DNA of 64,000 bases from Octopus vulgaris (lineage: Eukaryota), in contig OX597824.1 of the NCBI GenBank assembly GCA_951406725.2, forward strand, positions 7,068,001 to 7,132,000. Reading direction: 5' to 3'. The notes below the pieces were generated by a model. That model was not told the origin of the DNA and did no database searches. It saw only the letters and a list, made by a program, of their open reading frames with translations. Shown piece after piece: positions 26,171 through 40,329 of this stretch. The first letter of the stretch is position 1, and every line of letters begins with the position of its first letter. The translations under genes and the position numbers were made by a program.

Positions 26171-26527
26171 TACACACTCACACATTACACAATCTCAGTT
26201 TGTCTTTCCTTCCTCTGAATTTCATTTCACTTTAAATTGGATCTGAAATCTCAGGGAAATCCTGCTGCTTTGCCTGACACCAAGAGTCGAAGGAAAACAG
26301 CTAGGAATCATTATTATTAATGCAATGAATGCAAATGATGGGGCATTTTAAAGATGGGAAATGAAGACAACGATGCAAGATAAGCAAAGCTTATTATCAT
26401 AACATAAATATACACATGTGTGTGTGTGTGTGTTCACACAGGCATGTATATTTACAAATATGCTAGAAATGTTTTGCCTTTTAAATTGCATTAGTTCTAA
26501 CATGTTCAGTGATAATATACCAAACTA

Positions 26528-27615
26528 CATTATTTACATTTGACGGATATGTGACTAGTTTGGTAAAGTTCTATATTTACAAGATGAGGAATTGTGTACA
26601 TTATTTACATTTGATGGATATTTGTCCTCATCTTGTTTGTTGTTAACATGTTTCGGCTGATACACCCACCAGCCTTCATCGGGTGTGTTGGGGAAATTTC
26701 AAACCTAGGTTCTCATTCCTAAGGTATTTTTCGATGTTGTTGTTGTTGTTATTATTGTGGTGAAGCACGACCTTCGAACTTTAAGTCTCACCGAGGAAAT
26801 GACTAGAGACCGAGACCTTTGGAAGTATGCTGTGCGTGAGAAGACCCGGCAGGACAAGTGAGACCATAACCCGTGGCCTCTATATGGGATGTAGCCAGTC
26901 CACTTATGCATAACTTTCCTTCTTGGGACACAAAATTCTACTTGCGAAGACCTGTTGAGGCAAGTGAAAATCGAAATCGATCAACATCAATAGAAATTGC
27001 AGCTGTGATACCAATGCCAGTGGTACATAAGAGAACCATCCGAACGTGGCCGTTGCCAGCGCCGCCCCGACTGGCCTCGTGCCGGTGGCACGTAAAAAGC
27101 ACTCACTACACTCACGGAGTGGTTGGTGTTAGGAAGGGCATCCAGCCGTAGAAACACTGCCAGATCAGACTGGGCCTGGTGGCAGCCTTCTGGCTTCCCA
27201 GACCCCAGTTGAACCGTCCAACCCATGCTAGCATGGAAAGCGGACGCTAAACGATGATTATTATTATCATTATTATTATTATTATTATTATTAAGGTCAC
27301 TGCCTGGAATCAAACTCAGAATCTCGGGGATAGTAGCCTGCACTCTTAACCACTACGCCATATGCATGTGGGTCATAATAACAACAATCGTAATCATAAT
27401 CATAATAAAAATAATAATAATAATAATAATAACAACAACAACATTGAAAAATACCTTAGGAAGAAGAACCAATGTTCGAAATTTCCCCAAGACACCCGAT
27501 GAAGGCTGGAGGGTATATCAGCCGAAATGTTGTGTTAACAATAAACAAGCTGAGGACAAATATCCGTCAAATGTAAATAATGTACATAATTCCTCATCTC
27601 TTAAATATAGAACTG
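26528..27615. mobile_element. tRNA-head/HHR element locus 3: full minus copy (head 27295-27372, tail 26566-26750) and inverted plus tail (27375-27615); 12-bp TSD
   Basis: TSD TATACCAAACTA at 26516-26527 and 27616-27627; HHR motifs at ~26645-26687(-) and 27491-27536(+), both with a CCGATGA core. Confidence 0.85.
26757..27258 (+). mobile_element. 5'-truncated RTE LINE (ORF2 end, 3'UTR, ATG tail) nested in the AAT tract of locus 3
   Basis: 26757-26861 translates to VVKHDLRTLSLTEEMTRDRDLWKYAVREKTRQDK*, an RTE-type DRxxW C-terminus, followed by the family A 3' end. Confidence 0.85.
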
Positions 27616-28164
27616 TATACCAAACTAGTGACATTCATTCACTACCAGACACAACTTCTCAAGAATTCTTTAATACTGTGCTCCCTGCAGATTGTCTTAC
27701 TTCCAGCTTTTCAAGACACCTTCCCCACCCCTGCCACTCTTCCTCTACCCTCTCAATGGAAGTAAACGCTATGCAAAGCAGCACTGTATCACCACAAGCA
27801 ATGGAATACACTCGCACCACACTGTAAGACACACACAGCACCAGCATCGGACAACTGTGTCACATGACACAGACAGAAACAAGAGGTCATGGGGTGCACC
27901 CAATCAGTGAGAGAACGTGAGAATGGATAAATGGTAAGGGTGATTTAACCATTTTCTAAGTAAGATCACTGCCATCCATACATACAGGTTTGTCGTTTAC
28001 AGGTTGCCGGTGCCACATAAAAGACACTCGTGCCAGCACTGTGTAAGCACACCCATGTTGGTGGCACAAAAATACAAAAGCACCCAGCACATTCCTTAAA
28101 GTGGTTGCCATTAGGAAGGGCATCGGGCCATAGAAACCATGCTACAACAGACAATTCTTTTCTA

Positions 28165-28362
28165 CTCTGGGCACAAGGCCCGAGATTTTTGTTGAGGGCG
28201 TCAGTCAATTAGATCAGCTCCAGTACACAACTGGTACTTAATTTATCCACTCTGAAAGGATGAAAGGCAAAGTCGACCTCGGCAGAATTTGAACTCAGAA
28301 AGTGAAGACGGAAAGAATGCCACTAAGCATTTTGCCTGGTGTGCTAACAGTTCTACCGGCTC
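28165..28362 (-). mobile_element. Family C SINE
   Basis: Core GAAAGGATGAAAGGCAAAGTCGACCTCGGCAGAATTTGAACTC read on the plus strand. Confidence 0.8.
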
Positions 28363-29894
28363 TATTGGAGTCTGGACAGACTCCCCACCTGGCCAGCTCA
28401 ATGTCAAACTATCCAACCCATGCCAGCATGGAAATCAGACATTAAATGATGATGACGATAATGATGACGATGATGATAGCTTTGAATGTGATGGTGGTGG
28501 TGGTGGTGGTGGTGATGGTTGTGGTAGTGATGATGATAGCATCAATGATGATAGCATCAATGATGGCTTTGAATCTGGTGGTGGTGACGACGATAGCATC
28601 AATGATGACGATGATGATGATGATGCATGAGTAGGTGTTTGCTTAAATCTAAATGAAATGAAATCTTACATCATCATCATCATCATCATCATTTAGCATC
28701 CGTTTACCAAGACAACAAATGGTGTTATATAATGGGTGGCCATTTACAAAAACCAAAAACAAAAACAAAAAAAAAAAAAGCAATGACGATTACTACAAGA
28801 CTTTAAAATCGTTTGGTAATTTCAATGATGTCACCCTCCACTAATTTATTGGTGTTGTTACGTATCAATATTATTTGGGAACGAGCCAAGAAGAGTGTAT
28901 CATCTTACATTCTTTTTTGTTATCAATGGTGACACACAAATTAGTTGAATGATTATTGATGCATTGGCTTTCATCCTTCTTGCTCTTCTTCTCATTTTTA
29001 TGTCTGTCATTGATTAACAGTGGAGAGAATCTTTTAATATGATCAGATTATTTTCTTCAAAACTGCTTTCTTCAGGTGTAAAACTGTGGCATCATTTTCA
29101 AGGTTGTTTCAATCCTATTTAAATTACTATCTATTAATGAGACGCTTGTATTTAAATGCGCTGCTTGTGACTCTTTTTATTTGTGAATAATTCGTTCAAA
29201 CAAACATTCGTTATTATATAGCATTCGAAAGTATTTAATGAGAATACAAATTAGTACGTTAAATTGGCTTTTCCCATTCAGAACGTTGCGACTGTTTTTG
29301 CTTTCGGTTGATATAGAAGGTTACAGAGGAATTATTTGCTTTGACACAATCTTCATTACATCTTGACATTGAGGTTAATTGCTTTAAAGGTATGTCTGTT
29401 GATATTTTCTGCAGATATTACAGAAGTTTCCTCCTCTCCAGGTCAAACAATTTAAATTAAACTGCTTCACTTAGAGGCATGGCAATCATTTATAACAAGA
29501 TGCAAAACTTAGAATTTAGAACTGCAGACAAGGATGCTGTATCGACAGTGTCTGCTCAACAGAAGTATGATTCTAGGACAATTCTTGGATGGAAATGAAC
29601 GGGAAGTAGATAAGAAACATCAAAAAGAACACATGGCTATGATGCACCCCCAACCACTTCTGCTCGTGATCAGAGATGCACATATTGTCAGCCACTAAGG
29701 GACATGCTCAACTGGTTAAGATCAAACAACTGACAAGCAAATCTGTGGTATTGAGCAGAATATTTACTGTAGCCCATCTTTTATACCAAGACAAAACAAT
29801 GTACAGGATAACACTTCCGATCAATTAAGATCAGAAGCCATGAGAGTCACTACCTGGTACTGCATCAGGGTACTGCATCAGGTACTTCATTATT

Positions 29895-30046
29895 ATTATT
29901 ATTCAGTAGACTTATTTTTATCACGTGCTTTCACTTCACTACCGAGTGCAGCTCTGTGTACCTTGAGTATGTGCTGTGATTTGTTGTGATGCTCTTATTG
30001 TTACTGTATTGAAAGTATTTTACATAGAATGTGTACAATGCCTAGT
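29895..30046 (-). mobile_element. R4/Dong LINE 3' tip within (ATT)n
   Basis: Minus strand reads LGIVHILCKILSIQ* (compare LGTAHIL at ~13245), then a UTR; ATT repeats on both sides. Confidence 0.6.
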
Positions 30047-30269
30047 ATTATTATTATTATTATGGTAGTGAGCTGGCAGAATCATTAGGTTGCTGGGCAT
30101 CTTTATATTCTGAGTTCAAGTTCCGCGAATGTCAACTTTGTCTTTTATCCATTCAGGGTCAATAAAATAAGTACCAGTTATGCACTGGGGTTGATGTACT
30201 CAACGACCCCCAACCCCAAAAATTGCTGGCCTTGAGCTAAAATTTGAAATTATTGTTGTTGCATCAAAA

Positions 30270-30790
30270 TCACTGACTTGTCGAACAGCTGCTGTCATGT
30301 GTGGGACAGATCCATCTGTCGGCCAAGTCTGTACTGATGATTGCACTGCCATCCTCCTTCAATCCAAAAGGCAAGGCAGTTTTCCTTTACATGGTGGCTG
30401 TGGCTAAAGAGGTTGTCTGGTGAACAAGGCTGAAAGGCATGAGAACAGATACATTCCTCTTTGGTAGAGGTCACATTGACTTCTTAAAGTTTCACTTGAA
30501 AAGGAAATTGAGAGTGGAGAGAGGGAAGTGCTATCTTCGAGTGAGTTTATTGATAGATGGGTGAAAGTTGCAAAAATGGCAACAGTGGATGGAACCTCTT
30601 TAAGTGTAGACCTGCGAGTCAGAAAAAATGGAATTGGAGAGAGCACTTGCTGCTAGGGTTTCAGAAAAATCTTGGACAGTGGGGTCCCTCGATTATCCCT
30701 AGAGGCCTTCCTGTATCAGGAGGGCCACATCTCTATCATCCTACCCACCATTTTATTTTTGTTAACCTTTGTATGTTATGCACAGGTTCC
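30270..30790 (+). pseudogene. L1/Tx1-type LINE ORF2 C-terminal relic and 3'UTR
   Basis: PSSFNPKGKAVFLYMVAVAKEVVW*TRLKG...LKFHLKRKLRVEREVLSSSEFIDRWV resembles the AKxxIWxxR...F..RW end of Tx1-like ORF2. Confidence 0.55.
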
Positions 30791-33499
30791 TTCTTTTTCA
30801 GGTGGTGGTGGTAATAAGTAGTGCCAGATACCTTTCTTATTACCAATTCCTTTTACACCATCACCTGGATGCTTTGTATCTTGCAGCCAACAGTGCTGCG
30901 GAACCCTCCTGATTTTGTATTGGTTCTTGTATGTTTTTGATTCCAAGAGGATTTCTAAATCAAATCTTACTCTTTCTAAAGTAACACACATTATACAGAA
31001 TAATTTTCTTACACCAGAAAGAACTGGCATTAATCTACCATGTGTATGCAACCCTGAAGGTAAATCTTGCTTATGTCCCCCTCGTCACTGAACAACGGCA
31101 GCAATATGAAACTTAAACTATTTTCATTCGTCTTCTCATAGCAACCAATATTTAGTTATTGTACATTGGTGCCAAAAAGATTCGGTGTCAGAAGCGCCTG
31201 TTTAACCTTTGAGGTTATTTCTCTGTTTTTCTTTATAAATATAATCACTGTTTCATATCATATCAAAATATATAATTGAATACATTTTGGTCTCTTCTCA
31301 AACAGAATGTAATTACAGAGATTCTGTATTGAAATCAACCTCTTACAATATAACAAGAGTAAAATATTGGCATCACTAATGTGTAGAGGTAGCTCAGTCT
31401 GCGTATGGCAGATTTGAAAGATAAAGATTTGATTTGATTGATCACCTTGGGTTTAAAGGTATATAACAACTAATATAAGGTCAAGAGTATACTATAGTCC
31501 AGCTGGTGCCAAGAAATAAAGCACCGACTTCCATGCTTTAAAGAAAGAGCATTTGGCTGTAGAAAAAATACATAAATCTGAAAGATAAATCTATATACAT
31601 AAATGTGTAATGGTGTGTGGGGTGGGGTTACTCCAATCCTCCCACACTGTCCAACTGATTTTAATGAATTTTGACACATAAGTGGATCGCATGCCCTGAA
31701 GTTCAAATAAGGCTGGAATTTTTTGAAAACTCGATGCTCAGTTAGCATTGATTTTTGTGAGCTCAATCAGACGTCCAAATGGAAATTCCCATAATGATGT
31801 TATTTTTCTTGCAGCTTCTGCATTTTTTCAACAAATTTGATAGAATAGTCTCTAAGGACCCATACTAACATGGGAAAATAAAACATAAAAATGAATACAC
31901 ACAGCTGTACATCTCTATATATATTTTTCTAGGTTACTTTATCTCTTTATACATGCATGAGGTTAACAAGTGATCAATAACTTCATGAAGCGCTTGGTAA
32001 CCAAAGAAATTTAGGGAACTCTAAACTACATTGATATCAACCGTTACCCCAGGTTTTCCTCTTATTTATTTTACAAGGGCACTTTATATCTTTACCCAGT
32101 ACCCCTTTTATTTCTCAATTCATCACTATCCTTTTGGGAACACCTTTACAACTATCTTGTAGTTATTCACTCACCCTCAACAACATAACAATTTCGATTT
32201 TCTGTTTTACACCACGACATCATTCACCACGACGGTGTATGTTTTTAATTGTAAAAATACAAAAGCTTTTAAGGAGGGCAGTGTCCACTTCCTTTTCCAG
32301 TACACAAAGTAGGAGAGAGGTAAATATTTTCCTGGATGAGGTACAAAATCTAGTGCAAATAACATTTACAGATGAGCTGCTGCCTATTCCCAAAGGCTTA
32401 CCAAATCAAAACAATAGAGAATCCAGCATTCTTTCTCAACACACAGATAAGTTTATTTTTAGGGGGATCTGAAATCAAGGTTTATAAGCAGGATGTAATA
32501 GTTCAATGCCATATCCGTTTGGCAATTCCAACTGCGCTGTATATTTCTATTAAATGGCGACACAGTGTCTAACAAGCTCCTTAACCAATTTACCATTCCC
32601 TTATTAACATCTTGAAGAAAATGCGAGCAAATATACTGCAATATCAACAAAACTTTAGACTTGCATTAGACAATAAGCATGTGGTGTGTGTTCCTATCAA
32701 AATATATATATATCTTTTCCCTTTTGTTTTTGACTCTGATACAAACAGCAAGTGTGGATCTGCTAAGAGCAGAATAGAAAGCTGTTTCGAGAGTCGTTAA
32801 TGTAATTAATGTTTACTTGGAAGAGTTAGCAGTTACAGCTTGTTTGGATTATATCAGGTAAAGAAGAAAAATCACAAAAATGCAATAAAATAAAAAATAA
32901 AAAAACGCCAGAAAAATACCCAGTATGTGTACAGTGTCAAACTAGACAGACCAAGAGATTCTTTGTTGTTGATTTCCTACCATTATTCTTCTTTCTTTAC
33001 CTGTATTTGCAATTAAGGGGAAGAAGGAGAAACAGGTAAAGAAAAAGGAAACACACCTGGTAATTCAGATTCATACCTTTTGATAAAAACATTGCATACA
33101 AGACATATCGCTTTCTCGTTTGTGTATTCAATAATTGATTAACCAAGCTATAAAACGATATCACTGTTAATACATCATTGCATGCAGTTATGGTGCAAGT
33201 ATTTCGCGAGTAAGGTTTGTTTTGTTCGTTTTTCAGATTTTGGGGGTTTTCGGGTTATTTTTTTTTAATTTTCTTTTATTTTGGCGGTTTTTTTTGGGGG
33301 GTTTTTTTTCCTGCAACGAGCAATACACAGCTTATAATCGCGTTGGCAAGATTGATCAATAACAATAAATATTTATAATGGATAATTAAAGAGACATGCG
33401 TTGGCTACAATAATGTATACAAACAACCACACACACACACACACACACACACGCAATATATAATACTGATTAATGATCTCTTTTTTACCATACCTACAT

Positions 33500-33567
33500 A
33501 TATAATATGCATGTGGGTGTATATGTGTGTGTGATTGCACATACACATGTGTCAGTGTGTGTGTGTG

Positions 33568-33609
<42 letters not shown>

Positions 33610-33966
33610 TATACATATATACACATATACATATATACACATACATATATACACATATACATATATATACACATATATACACACATACATATATACATAT
33701 ATATACACACACATACATATATATATATACACACATACATATATATATATGCACATGCATATATATATATATATACACATACATGGGTGTGCATGTATAT
33801 ACAAGTGCACACACACATGCATGCAAATATATGTGTATGTGTGTACACCCGTGCATGTGTGTGTGTGAATGCGTGTGCATATAAACACACACACATGTTT
33901 ATATACATAGATAAGCATAGCAAAATATAAATTTATGGTTTGTTAACCACCATGTGTGCATGTGTG

Positions 33967-34035
<69 letters not shown>
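33500..34035. repeat. Compound TA/CA/TG microsatellite field
   Basis: Seen directly. Confidence 0.95.
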
Positions 34036-34359
34036 CCCATATATACTTACCAGATTTTAATATGAATTAAAAATACCTCTGGATATATCTTATTTTTGTG
34101 GCTATTTACATTATGTAGAGAAAAAAACACAAACTTCCTCAGAAATCTAAACTTATTTTTTTGTGGATATAAACTTAAAATCTTCCTTTAAACCCCAAAA
34201 TAACCTGAGAGATTCTTGCATGCATTGGATTAAGAATTTAGGCTAAGTTTGCTTTGGTTTAAAACTTATTTTTAAAACACTGTAACCAACCAATCACTTG
34301 CTTTACGTTTAAAACAAAGCTTTCTTCAAATTGTATATTCACATACACATCAATACACA

Positions 34360-34814
34360 AAGTGCTGGATTAAGCATTAAGCAAAATAAGCACACGCTTT
34401 AGGCATCAAGGGATGGGAGGCACCACAGAAATGAAAATGGTCTATGGCACAAAAGAAATCGTTTTCAACTTGCTAAAATAATGTTCGTGATGTCTTATCT
34501 CTACTAAGTATAGAAGCAGAAGTTTTATGAAAAATTAATTTTAACAAAATCATCACAGTCTTTGCAAATGAAAAAACAAATGTTGGAGAAAACTTTCCAA
34601 ATATAAATAAAATGGAAGCATACAAAAATAAATATTGTTCTCCATCTTTCCGTTATTTTTGCTTCATTTTGAAAAATAAGAATTTATTTTATGGTTTATT
34701 ATTGTTTACATTTTAAATTATTTCTGTTTCCATTTTGAACCATTTACATATACTTGGAGGCACCAAAACCTTTCAAGTGTTCTTAGGGCCTCTATGGGTC
34801 TTAATCCAGCCCTG
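34360..34814. mobile_element. hAT-like MITE
   Basis: AAGTGCTGGATTAAG ... CTTAATCCAGCCCTG imperfect TIRs; no clean 8-bp TSD. Confidence 0.55.
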
Positions 34815-34853
34815 GACACATGCATAACATACACATGTGTATCAGTGTTTGTG

Positions 34854-34889
<36 letters not shown>

Positions 34890-35707
34890 TGTGTGTGTAT
34901 GTGCATGCGTACATGCACACACATACACACACAGTTATACAACTGAATTTACAAGGATACAGGACCCAATATGAGTAGACCCTTCTGTAAAATAGGCAGT
35001 TACGTATACTGATAATATTCCACATCCTGATGATGAAACTGAGGAAATCTAGAAGCATTAAGGAGGAGGAGGCATGTATGAAACATTACTGTCACAAACA
35101 TAATGTAAAGAATTCATACAAAGATATCTAAAAAGAAAACTAACAAAGTTTAAAACTGAAACAACAGCCATATCGTTTAGTATCCCTTTTACCATGCTGA
35201 CATGGGTTGGATGGAACAGTTTTATATATGTATATATATATATGTGTGTGGGGAAGTGTGTATCATGCTGGTGGCATGTAAAAAGCACCATTCAAGTGTG
35301 GTTGATGCCAGTACCACCTGACTGGCCCTCATACAAGTGGCGCATACAAAGCACCCACTACACTCTCAGAGTGGTTGGCGTTAGGAAGGACATCCAGCTG
35401 TAGAAACACTGCCAGATAAGATATATAAAACGGACCATTCGATTGTGGTCAATGCCAGTACTGCCTCACTGGCCCTTGTGCTGGTAGCACATAGAAAGCA
35501 CCCACAACACTCTCAGAGTGGATGGTGTAAGGAAGGGCATCCTTACACGATGTTGATGATGATGATGGTATTAATAAAGCAGGAGATGGAAGTAAATCGA
35601 CGGATAAGAACAAGAAACCTAAACTGTGCCGGTGCTTTGCTCACCATCTAACTATACACTTTTATACATTTTTGTATAATTTTCTATTATATATGTGTGC
35701 TGTGTGT

Positions 35708-35738
<31 letters not shown>

Positions 35739-37466
35739 ACATATGAAATGTATGTATGTCCTCTTCTGTTTTTAATTATTTCGATTCTTCCTCTGAGAAA
35801 GGAGCTGGTTTCTAACAAAGATACAAAGCTCCACCATTGACACGTAGCAAACAAAAACAAATTTCCACTTCAAGTTTGAGGAATGTATATCTTTACCGTT
35901 ACCCTTGCAAACTGCAACGTGTCAATGAATTGGTTGATTTATTTTCCTGCAAAACTCTAGCTTAGCTGGATTGTCACTAAAGCATGCAACAACGAATGCA
36001 TGCATGCATGTATGCGTGTGTGTGTGTGTGTGTGTGAGAGATAGAAAGTAAATGAATGAGAGAGAAATCAAATGGCAGAGAGCAGAAACAAAAGACTGAA
36101 TCTCGTTATTGTTTGAAGTTTCAAATTGAAAATATAATATGAAACATTGATTTGAGTAAAGACAAAAGAAAAATTCAAATCATATTCTTTCGATTGTTAT
36201 TTAGGACTAGTTAAACCTTCACAGCAGTTGTTCTTAGTTTTCTAATATCTATAATCTATAGCTTGTCTTTCTAATGTTATGCATTGTTTTAAAGGAGGAG
36301 GTGTGTTTGGTTTTTCTTTTTTTTTCTTTTTTGGCACAAGTGGAGACAAAGAAACACAACATTACCATAAGCATATTGAGAATGACAACACAAAACCATG
36401 TATATTCAATAAAGGATTGCCATTGGATCTATTTAAAAAAAAAAAGAATCCTTCAGTAGTATTGATATCTAAAACCACATATTTCTGAACGAGAGCAATA
36501 AACATGAATGAAAAGAATAAGCGAATGACGGAATGAATGATAACAGAACTGGAGAGCCTTTACAATCAGTACATTAGAAAACAGGGGCATTTACGGAACA
36601 AAAGGATGTTTCCATTATGCTTCTTGGAACCATTCTATGTTCATTATACGCAGTTGTCTGCAAAAGGAGATATTTTTAAAGTTGATAAAGAAATATAAAG
36701 AAGGAAAAGAGAAGACAAGGATTTTACGTAAGACAATGGCAGAGAGTGAATGAATAAAATTAGAGACAAAAGTATTGTGAAGGCAAGCAGAGATGCAGCA
36801 AGTATTTAACGGTTTATATATGTGTATATATGTATATAATGCAAATGTCACCAGGGAGCTCTTATACAGATTTTCAAGCTCTGACTTAGCTTTGTTTCAT
36901 TGTATTATGGTAAATCTACATTTTAGATATTCCACTGGAGTGAAATTAATCTCTCAAAGCTCCGTTATATATTCACATGAAGCAGTAAGTCGAACCAATG
37001 AAGGAGTCACTAAGGAATTGCTCCAGTGGTTATAATTTGCAGTTGCATTTTCCTTCTGCTGACAAATTATTGTCTTAGAAAGAGGGAAGACACACAAGAT
37101 AAATGTAGATTTAGATACACTATTATTGGAAAATAAAAAGGAAAGAAAGGAAGAAACAAGACGCTTACAGATGAAATACTGGCTCAACAACATATATGTA
37201 TATATTGCCGACTGCCTACCTAAATCTTTTATGTCTCGATCCAACGTGATGAGAAGTTAAACGACAACTGAAATGAAATGGACTGAGGTAAAGAGAATTA
37301 AGTATCTAACTTAGAGATACGAGGAAATGTTTTTAGTAGAATTAAATGTTAGATGCTTTTATCCCGTCTACGTATCCCACCTCGTATGTGAACAAACTGA
37401 CATCATTGTTTTAGAGTGTACGGATATGATGTATACATTTACATGAGTGGGGGGAGAGGGGGATTA

Positions 37467-37485
37467 TCTATATATATATACATAC

Positions 37486-37532
<47 letters not shown>

Positions 37533-37573
37533 TGTATGTATATATATGTACATATATCTATATAAAGGGAAAG

Positions 37574-37614
<41 letters not shown>

Positions 37615-37708
37615 CACATACATATATGTACATATATATATATATATATACATATATTTATACACACATGTACATATATATATACATGTATTTATACGCA
37701 AAAACATA

Positions 37709-37746
<38 letters not shown>

Positions 37747-37762
37747 TATTATATATATATAT
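37467..37762. repeat. (TA)n microsatellite field
   Basis: Seen directly. Confidence 0.95.
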
Positions 37763-38060
37763 AACTTTGATAGGTTTCGGCCAGTATAGGCCCAGGCCAT
37801 GTCTAACTCAATAGCACCACCTGGTCAAGTCTTTTAGTCATATATGGGGCATCATGGCCCACTATAGTAAAGAGTTATTGGTGGAGACACATGCAGGTGT
37901 AGGAGGTTGGTCCGGGAGTTCTGGAAGAAATTTATCCAGCGAACATTTGAATTTTATGGGATCCGTTTCCGTTTTGATGTATTTTGATATGAAATTCAAC
38001 CATGAATCATTTTTCAGATGCGCGTGTGAGGAAGACAGACTCAGGGCCCATAGCATGTTG
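37763..38060 (-). pseudogene. CR1-group LINE 3' end
   Basis: NFISKYIKTETDPIKFKCSLDKFLPELPDQPPTPACVSTNNSLL (FKxxLDxFLxxxPDQP motif); the 3'UTR runs into (TA)n. Confidence 0.7.
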
Positions 38061-38381
38061 ACGCCCTCCTAGATAGGTGACTCTGATGCAATTGATGCCT
38101 GATTTGATCTTCTGCAAGTTGAAACCTGGCTGCAGTCATGAGGGTAAAATATTGAGTTCAGTGTTTTGTATGGAATTCTGGGATGGCAAAACTGACAAAG
38201 GATGATACGGAGAAGGGATACTGAGAGTGAGGTAGGAAATCAGATAAGCTAAAGCAAGAATATTACACGAAAGACCAGTTCCAAATCAGCAGACACACCT
38301 GTAGTAACGATAGTAGAGACAGTAGGGAGGGTACAGCATGATGACATGTTGATGTTTTGGTGGTAATTGAAGGTTTGTCAA

Positions 38382-38618
38382 AAGGTGGCAAGCTGGCAGA
38401 AACGTTAGCACGCCGGGCGAAATGCTTAGCAGTATTTCGTCTGCCACTACGTTCTGAGTTCAAATTCCACCGAGGTCGACTTTGCCTTTCATCCTTTCGG
38501 GGTCGATAAAGTAAGTACCAGTTATACACACTGGGGTCGATATAATCGACTTAATCCATTTGTCTGTCCTTGTTTGTCCCCTCTGTGTTTAGCCTGTTGT
38601 GGGCAATAAAGAAATAAG
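38382..38618 (+). mobile_element. Family C SINE with 14-bp TSD
   Basis: TSD TGAAGGTTTGTCAA at 38368-38381 and 38619-38632. Confidence 0.9.
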
Positions 38619-38632
38619 TGAAGGTTTGTCAA

Positions 38633-38830
38633 TTAGACAGAGGGCTTCTTTTGGATGGAGCAGTGTCCTAAATATGTGAAATGGGAAAGACATTTTTCAC
38701 ATGATTATAAAGTCAGCGGTCATTGAAAGGTGAAGTAGCTGCTGACCCTGAAGAGAAAGCCATCCTGTGAGTTGAAGATCTGGCTATGTTAGAGATATGT
38801 GGCCACCATGATGGATCAGCAGAGATTGTT
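38633..38830 (-). pseudogene. CR1/Jockey-group reverse-transcriptase thumb relic
   Basis: GLTISADPSWWPHISNIARS resembles LGxTISSDLSWxxHIxxI. Confidence 0.55.
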
Positions 38831-40329
38831 AAACCTGACATTTGGTGCTGACTGGGCTTAGCAACCCCACCCCCACTCAAAGAGAATAAGAGATAATCTC
38901 CCATTGATGAATGAAACTGATTAGGAGTTGTCAGGAGATTTAATGCTACGTTCGTTATGTGATAAATATTGATTGACTGATTGAATGGGGGAGGACAGAC
39001 AGATAGAGTGAGGCAGAGAGAGAGAGAGAAAGTTGGACAGATAAAGGCATGCATTTTAATTTACAAGGAATTAACTTGACAGATTTTTAACAAAAAGGTA
39101 GATTATCAATAAAATAAATTAAATTTATCAATTAAATAAATTTAATATGTTTCAAATGATAATATAGAAATTGTCTCATTTAAACTTTCTCAAAACAGTA
39201 CTAATGAAAACAAACATGCACACACATACACACACACACACAGAGTTGCAGGAGTGGCTGCGTGGTCCAGAAGCTCACTTCCCAACTGGGTGGTTTTGGG
39301 ATCAGTCCCAACGTACAGCACATTGGGCAAAATATCTCCTGTTAAAGCCTCAGGCCAATCGAAAACCTTGGTAGACAGAAACTGGAAAGAGCCCACAGTA
39401 TACATATGTGTATACATGCGTGTCTGTGCATGCATGCACATGCAAGTGTGTGTGTGTGTGTGCATGTGTGTATGCATGTTTCTTTATATTTGCACCTCTT
39501 CAGGAATCACTGAGCTGCAACAAGTGACGCAGTTGTCATTTACCCTATCAATAAATTGCCCACTCAAATAACAAACCCTTATTTGAGAAACAGGTAAGTG
39601 TTAAGGACAGGAGCAGCATCTGAGGGTAAAATATTGCCAGGACTCATGCTGGCTTAGAAACACAGACATAAAACGGAACAAACATATGAAAATATGTAGC
39701 TCTGAACCACATTTTAAAAATCTCCACTATGGTATTGAGCACTCATTTTTCTGACAATTAACACAAAGCAGATGCGTACGTACATACGTACATGTGCATG
39801 TGTGCAAATCGACTCTGGTGATCATCTGCCCTCTTCTTTTACTTTCACGCATCATGATCTCATCCTTTTAATTCAAGGTACCCTTTTTCGAATAATTTAT
39901 TTATTAGCAGTTAATGTATTTATGTAAGCCAGTGTCATTTATTAAGAATTATTTTTAGCTGGTTGTGGTTATCGTTTAATCATGTGAGTGATTATAGTTA
40001 ATGAGTTCGTCAAAGCGCTTCTTGTTTTATTAGTAATTATTATCTATTTATATGTTTTATTTTTGTTTAATACAGCTAAGATTTATAAGGTCATGATTTG
40101 CAATGAGGTTATAGACGTTTTGGTTGCATAGACACAAGCAAAGCAGTGTGATTAACAAGTCTGCTTACCAAACACATAGCTCCAGGTTCAACCACACAGC
40201 ATTACACCTAGGACAAGCGGCTTTAGCTATATACTCAGACGACTAAAGACTTGCGAGTGAACTTGACAGAGAGAAAGTGACAGAAGCCTATCACACACAC
40301 AAATACAAGTACATGCACACACGCACATT

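Noticed and set aside
30800-31270. Possible decayed coding sequence on the minus strand
   Set aside because: No motif I can assign reliably; it needs BLASTX.
31470-31556. Strong minus-strand acceptor with an HG-x5-SW peptide
   Set aside because: Too divergent for this conserved MON2 region, and all three frames soon hit stops.
39495-39600. Plus-strand ctcttcag ... cag|gtaagt exon-like segment
   Set aside because: It lies in a decayed SINE body, antisense to MON2, with no recognisable peptide.
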